From Eledone cirrhosa (taxonomy: Eukaryota), in assembly GCA_964016885.1 (NCBI GenBank), contig OZ024751.1, forward strand, positions 36,394,001 through 36,458,000: a DNA stretch of 64,000 nucleotides. The letters are read 5' to 3'. The position numbers were made by a program, and so were the translations under genes. Position 1 is the first letter of the stretch; each line of letters starts with the position of its first letter. This document shows positions 25,474-41,476 of the stretch, in pieces. The notes beneath the pieces are model-generated. The model was not told where the DNA came from, did not search any database, and worked only from the letters and a program-made list of their open reading frames with translations.

Positions 25474-26378
25474 GGAAACAAAAAAACGAACAAACAAGAG
25501 GATGCAATAACAGGAGGTTGTATTAGTTTTTGAAGCAAAGGGGAGAGGCAGATTGAGTACTGGGTGCAGAAAAAGGGGAGAGGTGAGGAAGACTTTTAGA
25601 GAGGAGTGGAGGTGACGTATGAAGGATTTCTGGTTGGGCATGGTGGCGGGATGTGTAGAGGTATAGGTGAGCAGATGAAAACTAGAGGGAGAGCAAAGTA
25701 AGTAGTGTGTCGAAAGAGATTGTTGTGGCAAAGGCCGTAGAAAACGTCCGAAGAATCGGAGTCCTTTCTAATGAAAGACTAACATCCAAAACGCAAATTC
25801 ATATTGCCTGCTATATCAAGCGTGAAACTAATATATATCTTCATTGTAATTTATCTTTCACTTCTGTTGTTATTTCGTTTCATATCGTATATGAGAAATA
25901 GATTAACAGAAGTAAGCTCCACGATTTTAAATGACTATTTCAACGCGTCTCCCTTGCTATACTCCTAGGTAACGCTTTCTCTATTCTGTCTGCCGAGGCT
26001 GCATGTACCTTGCAAGCTGAATGACAAGAAACGTTCTCACACATATTACCTCGGCTGGGACCAATGTAGTAGCAATGGCTGAATAGTCTTCCTCGTGTTT
26101 TATAAGCTATTTCTTATTCATACTTACACACTCGACTTCATATAGGAGCAATGACATGAATTTATCATCTTTACACAAACTCACTTACAACGGAAAACGA
26201 AAGGTAAAATGTCAGCTGTAAAATTTCAAACGAAATCGTAAAAGTTACGTTTTATTTTTAAAAAAATTGCTACATTAATGAAGTAGCATTTAAGCATGCT
26301 GTATGTTGGAAAACCTGACAGATTTATGACGTAAAACGTACGACAATGTGTGCATTTACGTAATACATACATACATAC

Positions 26379-26426
<48 letters not shown>

Positions 26427-26444
26427 TATATATATATATATATA

Positions 26445-26475
<31 letters not shown>

Positions 26476-26713
26476 TTACACACACGCAAACTCATATATA
26501 TTGGTTTAAAATGTGTTGCTTTAATTTTTAGACTTAGATGCGTTGTAATGTCGGCGTATCACTAAACAGCATTTTTTTTTTCTATATCGCGTACGCACAC
26601 AAATACATTGATGACAACACGAATTACTACTACTACTACTACAACTTCTACTACTACTATTGCTGCTACTATTACTACTACTACTATTACTGCCTCTGCT
26701 ACTACTACTACTC

Positions 26714-26753
<40 letters not shown>

Positions 26754-26774
26754 GACTACTACAACTACTACCAT

Positions 26775-26816
<42 letters not shown>

Positions 26817-26837
26817 CACTACTAGCACTACTACCAT

Positions 26838-26889
<52 letters not shown>

Positions 26890-26896
26890 GCTACTG

Positions 26897-26930
<34 letters not shown>

Positions 26931-27032
26931 AATACACTATGTGATCAATAGTGCTGAGTAATCAAAGGTTGCAGTGACATCACTGCTCTAGATAATACTG
27001 TTACGTAATCAGAACAATACTAGCAGCAGTAG

Positions 27033-27114
<82 letters not shown>

Positions 27115-27713
27115 GTCATCATCATCATTATCGTCATTAACATCATTAACATCATTATCATCATCATCATTATGATCATCATTATCGTCATCATCATCAT
27201 TATCATCATCACCATTATCATGCTCAACAATACCAGCGTCAGCAACAGCAGCAGCAGCAACAGCAGCACCAGCAACAACAGCAGCAAAGCAGCAGCAGTA
27301 GGTTACAAATTACAAAAAATATTTGATGATAAATTTGGTGTCTAATGATGGCGCTGGGAGTCATTATGTAAGTTAGATGTTATAATGGTGGGGTGGGGTG
27401 AAAATAGTAATGTGAGGGAGAAATAATGTATGTGAGAGAGAGGGGGAGAGGGGGAGACTGTGTGTGTGTTTGAGAGAGAAAGACAAAGGGAGAGGGGGAG
27501 AGGACGAGAGGGAGACTGTGCACGTATGAGAGAGATAGGGAGAGAGAGTGTGTGTGTGTGTGTCTGTGTGTGTGAGAGAGAGGGGAGAGAGAGAGTGTGT
27601 GTGTGTGTGTGATGAAGAGAGAGGCAGAAAGAGGAGAAAGGCAGAGAGGAAAGAAGAGAAAAGAAATAGAGGCAGAGTGTGTAAGAGTGATAGAGGAGAC
27701 TCTGGAAGAGAGA

Positions 27714-27753
<40 letters not shown>

Positions 27754-27907
27754 GTGTGTGTGTGTGTGAGTGTATGAATGTATGATAGAGATGGCAGAAG
27801 TCTGGTTGAAATATTGGAAACAGAAAACCATCGAGAATTTCAGTGAGTTCAAATCACCCCCAACACTACCACCACTACCACCACTACCACCACCTCCAAC
27901 ACCACCG

Positions 27908-27959
<52 letters not shown>

Positions 27960-27978
27960 CACTACCACCACCTTCAAC

Positions 27979-28025
<47 letters not shown>

Positions 28026-28489
28026 CTCCACCATCACCACCACCACCTCCACCACCACCACCACAACCACCACCGGGGGTATTTTCACTTTCATCTTTGA
28101 AGTATTCAATAAAATCAATGTATATATCTAATTCCCTCTTTTTCTTTCTTTCTATAGTACCTTCTTTCTTTCCTTCTTTATATACTCTTTTCTTTCCTTC
28201 CTTTTCTTTCTTTCTTTACTTCTTTGTATACTCCTTTCTTTCTTTCGTTTTTCATTCTTACTCTCGCTTTTATTCTTTCTTCTTCTCCAGATATCATGGA
28301 GAGAAACTTTTCTTTCTTCCCCCCCCCCCCCCTCCTTCCCAAGATGGTGGACTTCTACCTATGTTACTAATGAATAAGCATGAATAAATATAAAAACAAA
28401 GCACACACGCACATTTATATATATATATATACTTACGTACAGATATATGCATAATACACACACACACACACACACACACACATGCATGG

Positions 28490-28892
28490 ACATATTTCAA
28501 ACAACACAATAAACATGTATTTCCCAATAGACACACATTTCACACACCCAAAACACACATTTCACACACAAGAAATACATATTTCACACACCCAAAAACA
28601 CACATCTCACACACAACAAACATACATTTCACACACCCAAAACACACATCTCACACACAACAAACGCACATTTCACACATCAAAAACACACATCTCACAC
28701 ACAACAAACGTACATTCCACACATCAAAAACACAAATCTCACACACATCAAACACACATTTCACACACCACAAACACACATCTCACACACAACACGCGCA
28801 CATTTCACACACTAAAAATACACATTTCACACACTAAAAACATACATTTCACACACAACAAACGCACATTTCACACATTAAAAGCTCACATC
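28490..28892. repeat. CA-derived ~20/40-bp minisatellite
   Basis: Recurring cacatttcacacac and cacatctcacacac. Confidence 0.8.
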
Positions 28893-29167
28893 TGATTCAT
28901 ACATAAAACACAGGCAATAAACTATACATACATACGACATACGTTGGACACACATAAATACACACATTATACGCAGCACATACAACACATACGCACACTC
29001 ACAAAAGTAGGAGCTACATTATGAATATGAACCTTGTGGTGTGTGTGTGTATATGAGTGTGTGTATGAGTATGTGTGTATATATAAATATCTGTCTGGGT
29101 GCATGGATGCATGTGTATGATTATGTGTCGTTACGTATTGAAATTTATACATATAAACATACGAATG

Positions 29168-29200
<33 letters not shown>

Positions 29201-29625
29201 TTATGTGTGTATGTGTGCATGTGTGTCTTTGTGTCTGTGCGTGTCTCAGTTTTTTGTGTTTGTATGTGTGTGTGTGTATATGTGTCTTTATGTGTATGTG
29301 TGTGTGTTTATATGTATGTGTGTGTGTGTGTTTAAGTGTGTCTATGTGTGTGTGCGTTATATGTGTGTGTGTGTGTGTGCGTCTGTGTGTGTGTGTGTGT
29401 GTATGTGTGTGTATGTGTATGTGTGTGTGTATGTGTATGTGTGTGTGTGTGTGTGCGTGTGTCATTTGATATTATCAGCTATTTAGAAGCCATCATAAAT
29501 CCGGCAGCCATTTTTTTCTACTTTCATTTTTCTAATTCTTTTAACTTCCTTACATACTCTACCCTACCACACCCCTTTTATCCTTCATAATCGACTCTCC
29601 ACCCTTCCTTTCTCCCTCTCTCCCT

Positions 29626-29750
<125 letters not shown>

Positions 29751-29854
29751 TCCTTATATTCGATCCTCAGTTCATTTGATTCTGTCTTGCCCTTCGTCTT
29801 TACCTTATTGCACTCACGGCGTAATAGAAGGAGGGGAGAAGCGAGGGAGGGGGA

Positions 29855-30088
29855 GAAGAAGAAGAAGAAGAAGAAGAAGAAGAAGAAGAAGAAGAAGAAG
29901 AAGAAGAAGAAGAAGAAGAAGAAGAAGAAGAAGAAGAAGAAGAAAGAGAATAAGAAGGAGAAGAAAGAGAAGAAGAAGAAGAAGAAGAAGAAGAAGAAGA
30001 AGAAGAAGAAGAAGAAGAAGAAGAAGAAGAAGAAGAAGAAGAAGAAGAAGAAGAAGAAGAAGAAGAATGAAACGAACAAGAAAGAGAA

Positions 30089-30119
<31 letters not shown>

Positions 30120-30553
30120 AAGAAGAAGAAGAAGAAGAAGAAGAAGAAGAAGAAGAAGAAGAAGAAGAAGAAGAAGAAGAAGAAGAAGAAGAAGAAGAAG
30201 AAGAAGAAGAAAGAGAAGAATAATGAAAAGAAAGAGAAGAAGAATGAGAAGAAGAAGAAGAAGAAGAAGAAGAAGAAGAAGAAGAAGAAGAAGAAGAAGA
30301 AGAAGAAGAAGAAGAAGAAGAAGAAGAAGAAAGAGAAGAAGAAGAAGAAGAAGAAGAAGAAGAAGAAGAAGAAGAAGAAGAAGAAGAAGAAGAAGAAGAA
30401 GAAGAAGAAGAAGAAGAATGAAACGAAGAAGAAAGAGAATAAGAAGGAAAAGAAAGAGAAGCAGAAGAAGAAGAAGAAGAAGAAGAAGAAGAAGAAGAAG
30501 AAGAAGAAGAAGAAGAAGAAGAAGAAGAAGAAGAAGAAGAAGAAGAAGAAAAA
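29855..30553. repeat. ~700-bp interrupted (AAG)n tract
   Basis: Directly visible. Confidence 0.97.
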
Positions 30554-30947
30554 GAGAGAGAGAGAGAAGATTCGCATAATATCGAGGTTAGTGGGACACA
30601 TGTATGAGTAACAATGGTGTTTTAGTGCAGAGATATGACAGCACAGGTGTTTTTTAGAGAGAGTGGCAGTGTGTGAGGGGAATAGAGAGAGGAGAGAGAG
30701 GGAGAGAGAGAGAGAGAGGAATAATTTCTTTGATAAAATGATTGCTTTATGTGCAACCCTGCAGAACTCATTGCAGCTGAACATGCAGTAACTGCAACAA
30801 TAAATGCACGTTTAACATTTCTTACTCGCACATATTTTTTTTTTCCGCTAAACATTAAAGCAATTTACACTTTCTGATTATGTGGTGTGGCATAAGTCTA
30901 CCTCACTCTTTCTTTGTCTTCCTCTTTCTCTCTCACTCTCTCTCCCT

Positions 30948-31103
<156 letters not shown>

Positions 31104-31267
31104 GTATATATATATATGTATATGTATATGTATATATATATATATGTATATGTATATGTATATGTATATATATATGTATATGTATGTATATATATATGTA
31201 TATATATATATATGTATATGTATATATAAATATATATATATATATGTATATATGTATATATATATAT

Positions 31268-31368
<101 letters not shown>

Positions 31369-32244
31369 CATATGTGTGTACGTATATATGTATGTATGTA
31401 TGTACGTGTATATATGTGTATGCATATATTTATGTGCGTATATATGTGCGTATCTATGTATATGTGTATGTATACATTATACTGAGAATCGCCTCGTTAA
31501 TATTCAACTAACAAGAAATGTAGGCCCCATATCTAACTGCCCATTAAATATTTTAGTAATCAATGCTAATAACCCTGATATATGGGTCACACGTATGTAT
31601 ATATATATATGTGTGTGTGTGTATGCGTGTGTGTACGATCTACTGGTAAGAGACTAACAGAAGAGAACATAAGAGAATTTGAATTTTGGGGATAATTAGA
31701 TCTTGGAACTATGTCAATGGGTTTCCCCTTATGGAAATTACTGAGTATTAACTAGATTTCCTCATTGAGAGTTACGTCCCTTTTCTACACCCATAATGCA
31801 CTGTAGATGATAGAGTACGCACGATATTACTTTCGGCTAGTAAATAATTCGTTTATCGATTTTTTTTTTTCAGCTGTCATTAGTTTATCTAATAAATTAT
31901 ATATTGAAACTCCAAATTAAAAATTTCGTCAATTCATCTTATAACCAATACCATGAGCGTTTTTGCTATTGTTTAGCCCTTGAGCAAGATTCTTAACTTA
32001 TATAAACTTCAGACATACTTCACAGTTCTTGTAGACGTTTTATTAAATAATTCTTAACATCTTGTAATGATATGGCAGGAAATATATATTTTTTTCAATG
32101 GTTTGTTAATGCAAATGTGAAATAAGATAACATAGACTTTGATATGTCAAGTGATGCAGTCATAGTCCTGTTATGTATTTTATATATGTATATAGATATA
32201 TGCATATATGTGTGTATGTGTTTCGCACCAATGTTAACTCTTGT

Positions 32245-32415
32245 GTCTGTGTCTGCGAACTGATTACTAACGGTTCGTCAAAAATAAATCGATAAAATAA
32301 GTGATTAAATACGATTAGAAAAATGTAAAAGGTACTAGAGGTGGGGACTCGATTTTCCTTTCAAGGCGGTGCCCAATCTTGACTGCAGTCTAAAAACAAA
32401 GGTCAGTTAAAAGAA
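32245..32415 (+). mobile_element. Third SINE-like family, degenerate (related pieces 33855-33985 +, 24730-24767 -)
   Basis: Shared aacggttc..caaaa..a.atcgat...taagt and ggcggtgccca....g.c.gcagtc motifs. Confidence 0.55.
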
Positions 32416-32419
32416 AATG

Positions 32420-33790
<1,371 letters not shown>

Positions 33791-33990
33791 ATATAGTTGT
33801 GTGTGTGAGTATATTTCTTTGTCGGGCTTTACTATTATTGTTTGTTTTCACGTAACTTAACGGTTCAACAAGAAAAGATCGATTAAGTAAATACCAAACT
33901 TGAACAAAAAGTACTAAGTATACCTATACCCGGGATTCAGTATTCATGGGGCTGCCCAAAGATGGCCGCTTTCTAAAGACTGCAAGGAGT

Positions 33991-34021
<31 letters not shown>

Positions 34022-34077
34022 TTCGTTTCTGAATTTGTTTAGCAAGATTCTTTATCTGAAAACGTGTGTTGAAACCA

Positions 34078-34417
<340 letters not shown>

Positions 34418-34437
34418 GTGTATATATATATGTATAA

Positions 34438-34492
<55 letters not shown>

Positions 34493-34556
34493 AAATAAAA
34501 TTGAAAGTAAATCATATGAAAGTAATGTATTATCTCGGCTTTCATCAATCTGTGAA

Positions 34557-34727
<171 letters not shown>

Positions 34728-35041
34728 AACGAGGGTAGCAGCAGCGGGAGCTGGGGGGTGGAAGGGGGGTAGACTATACTGAAGCCATTGAAATCGTGAA
34801 ATAGTGAAATAATGATTACATCGATATTAACTGAACAAATCAAATTATTTTCCCATTACTTAGCTCTGATAATTTTCTGACATTTAACACTTGAGTGTTC
34901 GGGAAACAATACTGTACTAACCTTTTACCTTCTACTTGCCTTACTTTGCTAAATACTCTACACTCGCTAATGGGATCAGCTTTTCTAACGCCTGCGGAGT
35001 TTTCAAAAGGCACATTTGACCTATCAAATAGGTATATTTCA

Positions 35042-35096
<55 letters not shown>

Positions 35097-35140
35097 ACTT
35101 TTAACCACTATGCAACTGTTTATCCATCCGCATTTTTCTG

Positions 35141-35207
<67 letters not shown>

Positions 35208-35220
35208 TATAGATATATAT

Positions 35221-35316
35221 AATTGTTTCTACTTTTGGCACAAGACCACCAATTCACCAGTGTATTACTGGTACTTTATTTTATCGACCCCGTAAGGATG
35301 AAAGGCAAAGTTAACA
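35221..35316 (-). mobile_element. Same SINE family, 3' half
   Basis: Reverse complement of centre and tail. Confidence 0.8.
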
Positions 35317-35385
35317 TGTAGGTGAGTGTGTATAATGTATATATATATATATATATAAAGTATATATATAAAGTATATATATACA

Positions 35386-35443
<58 letters not shown>

Positions 35444-35455
35444 ATAGATATAGAT

Positions 35456-35550
35456 ATAGGACAATTTTCCTATTACCTACTCTACTACCCAAAGTATCGA
35501 GTACTCTGGTGCGTTGTGATCCACCTGGTTCCTTACCACACTTCCTTCGT

Positions 35551-35552
<2 letters not shown>
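35456..35552 (+). mobile_element. Family A tail with vestigial hairpin
   Basis: ataggacaattttcctat followed by the conserved tail; (TA)n flanks. Confidence 0.8.
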
Positions 35553-35615
<63 letters not shown>

Positions 35616-36017
35616 ATATATATATATGTTTATATATATATACACAAAGGAGTGCATGCGCTTGCGCGCTGATGTATATTTCAGCAATATTGCCTGTGGG
35701 AAAATGATGAACGTCATAATACTAATCCCATCTCTACTCGGCATTAAATTTACAAGTTGAATATGAATAATTAATTATTAATTAAGTGTGTGCTGTCCAC
35801 TATCACCTGTGCAGCCAGAATAATTAATACATTTATGATATTTGCTGTAATTAACATATGGGTATGTTTCAGGCATGATAATTCCTGGCCAACCAAAGTA
35901 CTCTTACGTGTTCAATCAACTAACCGGATATAGTACCCAAACCATCCTAAATTTATCCACTATTACTGTCTTCGGCAATGAAATGACACCCCGAGATGAC
36001 ATAATCCTATATTTAGG

Positions 36018-37595
36018 ACTAGCAGTTTAGCCCGGCGTTGCTCGGGTTTGTTCATTTGCTATGAAAAGTTACATACAGGTAAACGTAGCTTGAAAGCGCA
36101 TAAGCTTATCAATTGTGTGCATAAAGCAGTTGAACCGGTTATTAAAAGTTACGAACCAATTAGCATTTTGGACAATCAATGATGGGTTAATAATCTTCCA
36201 ATAGCAAATTTAGTAGACCAAAGTTGCAAGATGATAGCCCTGATGCCGCTGGGTGTCATATCTGTCCGCTATGGGTGACCCTACCAGTTTTCCAGACGGC
36301 ATAGCTCCAACACCTCCAACACCTGCACCAACATCTATAGCACCTCTTTGTAGACGATATTGCTTGTCATCCCTTGAGGAGTGTAAGCAAAAAGTCCATT
36401 CCTGCTCCCTACGCGGGAATAGGCAACATAAAGTTGGCCATGGGAGATGAGCCAGTTTCAGTCTGAACACTCTGGCAATGAGGTCATGTCTGTTCGAATA
36501 ATTTTGCCCAGGAAAAAGTTCACGGGTTACATTCCGATTCATATGTCTATAGCATTAATCTGTTATATGAAGTGTTATTTTGCGGGTTGTTATTTGCAAT
36601 AAGCCGATTGAAAATGCCCCAGATAAGCCGTATGCCAATGCGGAACGTTCCACTGCAGTGTTGTCATATAGTGAGTGAAGAGCCACAGAGAGAATAAAGC
36701 AGTTAAATTATAGAGAGGGGGAATGATCATGATCGATTTTTGCCCTTATTGTTGATTGATTTGAAATTTTTTTGCTTCATGACCTTCTCATGACCAAAAG
36801 CAATAATTGTCCCGACTTTGAATAGAATCCCGTGAAAAATATTTTCTCAATTTTTTGTCTCATATTGAAAGAAAGAAAATTACAAAAAGGACAACAATAA
36901 AATATAATGTCTTTATTGAGAATCATGTAAATAAATGCTTAAGTGTCGTTATTGGAACGTTTGTTGTTTTATAAATTCATCTGTTGCTTTTGAATATTTG
37001 TTATTTGATGTAAAATGTAAGTGTGTAAAATGTAACGTTGAGAGAGCAGTATGTATTTAGAGTTATTGGCTTTTTAAATTTTGATATTTGCTGTATGAGT
37101 GTCGTTATGACTGTTTGTTGCTTAGGTTTCAAAGTTTGTATCGCGTTCCTTCAAAAGAAATTTTGTCGTTGTTCTAAACTGTAAAGGGTAGTAGACGGAG
37201 GCAGTAACCTTTTAAAGAGAGTTTCAGAGGAGATTGAGGGGGGGGGGTAGAGAGAGTGATGAACCTTTTAAAGAGAGTTGCAGAGGAGATTGAGAGTGGA
37301 GTAGAGGAAAGATGAACCTTTTAAAGAGAGTTGCAACATGTATGTAGTTTCATATATTTTGATGGTAGTAGTGAGAGAAGTGAAGCGTGTAAGAGAGAGG
37401 GTTACAGCATGTATTTAGTTTTATCGATTTCTTTTCATATAAGCAGGAAATATTTGGCAAAAATAATTACGCGTTGACCTGCCCTGGTAAATTTGGAGCA
37501 CATTGGAAAAAAATTCATGAAAATCGGTAGAGAAATGTGGAAATGCATAAAAATCATACACACACACAGACAGACATCTACCGTTTTATATATAT
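36018..37595. mobile_element. Non-autonomous Helitron/Helentron (HINE/DINE-like) element
   Basis: Starts actagcagtttagcccggcgttgctcggg (subterminal hairpin), ends gaaaatcgg...acagacagac...ttttatatatat; carries a Rep fragment. Confidence 0.65.
36445..36542 (-). pseudogene. Helitron Rep domain fragment
   Basis: VTRELFPGQNYSNRHDLIARVFRLKLAHL matches the Helitron motif EL.PGQ...DR.DL.ARVF.LKL. Confidence 0.75.
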
Positions 37596-37906
37596 GTGTA
37601 CATTACGTCAGAAGAGACATCCATCGAAATTTCCGTATTATTGTCTTCTTACTCTCTATTCACATCTATTGAGTAATTATTCAGTTATGCTTGAATATTT
37701 TATGTACAATAATATATTGAATACCAAATTTACTATATATTGTCTTAGAAACCTCTATTAGAATCATAAAATATCTTAACTGTTCATATTTGATACTTGA
37801 GCATTATATATCTACACTGTTTATACAAATCCTCAAATTCCATATTATAAATTGTTTGCTGATTTCGTTCATTTGTATCCTATCCAGACCCCCCCCCTCT
37901 CTCTCC

Positions 37907-37949
<43 letters not shown>

Positions 37950-38099
37950 ATGTGTGTGTGTAAACAGCATAGTGCAATGAAGAAATATATTAGTTTAAAG
38001 CTTGATATGGTAGAAAAATAGTCTTTACGTTTCGGACACTAGTTTTTCATTAGAAAATAGAATGAGAAATAAATGATGAAATAGAAAGTTACCTGTACA

Positions 38100-38241
38100 G
38101 CACATTCTACGCCATGACATATTCTACACCATGACACATTTACATATATTCTACGCCATGACACATTCACAACACATTCTACGCAATGACAGCCATTCTA
38201 CGCCATGACACATTTACAGCACATTCTACGCCATGACAGCA
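38100..38241. repeat. Short tandem repeat of acattctacgccatgaca
   Basis: About six copies with variable linkers. Confidence 0.85.
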
Positions 38242-38643
38242 TCTGAAAATATTGAGCAGCAATGTTACAATGTTGAAACAATGTACAAAAATGTCAATTG
38301 TGTTGAAACATCAAAGCCTAACTCAGTTATGTGTAATTACTATTTTATTATTATTTAATATTTTAAATGAAAAGGTTGCAGAGAAAGCAATGAAAGATCA
38401 GATATAAATCATATATATATATATATATATGTGTGTATATATATATAAATACGTGCGTGTGTGCGTATATATATATATATATATGGGATAACAAGTTATC
38501 GTTATAGGTAATCCAGTTAGAGGTTGTGAGTACTCTGGGTCGTGGATAGTTTTAACTATTGTTTGACTCAACAAGATGCTTCCATAGTTATGCAGCGATT
38601 TCGCAGTAATTTCTATGCAGGTTATACTTGGAGTAATAATAGT

Positions 38644-38932
38644 TAAAGAATGAAGAGTAACATGGTTGGCTGAACAATAAGGGGCTTTATTTAAAGTACT
38701 GACAATTGTTTCGTTGATCAGGTGAGTCTAGAGTTCACTAATCGTTTGAGGGTGCGTCATTCGATCTCCAATACATTATTTACCTCTGGTCAACACATCA
38801 GAATACGTAGATCGAATGACGCAACCTCAAGCGATTAGCGAACTCTAGACTCACCTGATCAACGAAACAATTGTTAGTACTTTAAATAAAGCCCCTTATT
38901 GTACAGCCAACCATGTTACTCTTCATTCTTTA
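38644..38932. repeat. Long inverted repeat, ~124-bp arms, 41-nt loop
   Basis: 38644-38767 is the reverse complement of 38809-38932 with a few mismatches. Confidence 0.95.
38696..38806 (-). ncRNA. Minimal type I hammerhead motif with large loop II (core A9 variant)
   Basis: Minus strand GTATT-CTGATGt-GTTGACCAG-(~60 nt)-CTGATCAAC-GAAA-C AATT G-TC-AGTAC; palindromic AATT loop III, GUC triplet. Confidence 0.7.
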
Positions 38933-39392
38933 GCTATATATATATATAGAGAGAGAGAGGGGGGGGAGAATGAGAGAGAGAGTTGTTACAGCTTTGGATA
39001 ATAGAAGCGATCCAGTTGATAAGAAAATGTTAGAAAGTGAGAGAGAGAGACAGAGAGACAGAGAGAGAAAGAGAGAGAGAGAACAAGAAAGAAATAAAGA
39101 GATAAATAAGAAGTAAATAAACAAAAGGCAGAAGATAAAAGAGATAATAATGATGAGATAAGAGAAATAACATAGAGTTTTTGATGGTGAGATGAAAGGT
39201 TGGTCGGGGTTGACGAGAATGGTGAGATATTAACGGAGGTGATACAAAGATTTGGGAAGTAGATGAAAGAAAGATGGTGAAATAATCTATGGGGGAGATG
39301 AAAGGAAGAGGAAGAGATAATTATAAAAGATAATAAGTTTATCTCATGACTGACATCAACAATTTCATCGACCAACACATGTCATCAGTCTT

Positions 39393-39482
<90 letters not shown>

Positions 39483-39593
39483 ACATACATATATATATAT
39501 CACCATATATATATGTATGTATATATACATGTGTTCATATGTATGTATAAATATGTATATATATTTGTATGTATATATACATATATATGTGTG

Positions 39594-39625
<32 letters not shown>

Positions 39626-40019
39626 AATATATGTATATATATATATATAAATATATAAATATATATACATATATATGCGTGTATATGTATATATATATAT
39701 ATAAATATATTTATATTTATATATATATATATATATATATATTTGTGTATATATATATATATATGTGTGTGTGTTTGTATGTATGTGTTAATATGTAAAC
39801 ATTGTTAGTTTAGTTAATTAGTCTTCTCATCTAACGGAATATAAAATACTTCCTTCAGTTGTTGAGGTCTTGATTGGGTTCCAAAAGAATCGAAACGGGG
39901 TTGAATCCGTAAAATTGGTACCTGAATAATTTATATATGTGTTTGTGAAACTGTATATTTATATAACCTGTGTGTGTGTTTGTGTATGTCTTAGTGTGTG
40001 TATATGTATATCTATCTAA

Positions 40020-40095
<76 letters not shown>

Positions 40096-40153
40096 CTATA
40101 TTCCTATGCATACAATGATGCATACATACATGAATAAATATAGGTATATATAC

Positions 40154-40257
<104 letters not shown>

Positions 40258-41028
40258 ATGTATATATATATGTATATACAGACATATATATACATATATA
40301 ATTATAGAGAGAGAGAGAAAGAGTGGGAAAGAAGGACAGAAGGTGGGTTTGAGGGGGAGGCCTACGTTTATCAAACGCCATTGTGATAAGATACGTTGAA
40401 CGTCTGATTATAAACATTATCTCATGCCAAAAGAAAAGAATTCTCGTTTATTATCATTAGCATTCTGATCCTTTTGAACTTACCAGACACACATATGAAA
40501 AAAATGATTGTTCTCTAAAGCTGACATATTCTTAGAAATGCCGACGTACACACCGTTGCTTAAAAGCTATTCTTTGAAATCTAGTACGGAAGTGAGAAAG
40601 CGTTGCGGAAGTTGAATAACAATTCATTTGGTGAACACTTCCTTTAAAAGTGTTCTTATTATAAAAGAAACGTTGAAATACCCATAATTCCTTTGCACGT
40701 TCTAATGTTTCCCACTCTTCAGGAAGAAAACGTAAAAAAAAAGAAGAGTGAGAACAGAAATTTCTGAAAATAAAGCAAATGGTGGTGGTGGTGGTGGTGG
40801 TGTTGGTGGTGGTGGTGATCATGGTGGTGGTGGTGGTGGAGTGGTTGTGATTTGGTGGTGGTGGTGGTCGTCGTCATGGTGGTGGTAGTGCTGGTGGTGA
40901 GTTGGTGGTGGTGGTGGTGGTGGTGTGGTTGTGATTTGGTGGTGGTGCTTGTGGTGGTGGTGGTGGTGGTGAGTTGGTGGTGGTGGTGAGTTGGTGGTGG
41001 TGGTGGTATGGTGGTGGTGTTGTTGTTG

Positions 41029-41060
<32 letters not shown>

Positions 41061-41173
41061 GGTGGTGGTGATGGTGGTGGTGGTGATCATGGTGGTGGTG
41101 GTGGTAGTGTGGTTGTGATTTGGTGGTGGTGGTGGTCGTCGTCATGGTGGTGGTAGTGCTGGTGGTGGTGTTG

Positions 41174-41205
<32 letters not shown>

Positions 41206-41442
41206 GGTGGTGGTGGTGGTGTTGCTCATGAACACGATAATTCTGATGATGGTTATGATGATGATGATAATACCGATGGCGGTGATAACGATGATGACGA
41301 TGCTGGTGGTGGTGAAGGTGGCGATGGCGGTGATAACGATAATGACGATGACGATGACAATGTTAACGATGATGTTGATGATGATGATGATGACAGTGAT
41401 GATGATGATGATGGCGAAGATGGCGATGATGATGATGATGGC

Positions 41443-41476
<34 letters not shown>

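Noticed and set aside
40675-40725. Possible minus-strand micro-exon (EWETLERAKELW) after a pyrimidine tract and AG
   Set aside because: Weak donor, no recognisable homology or partner exons; needs RNA-seq.
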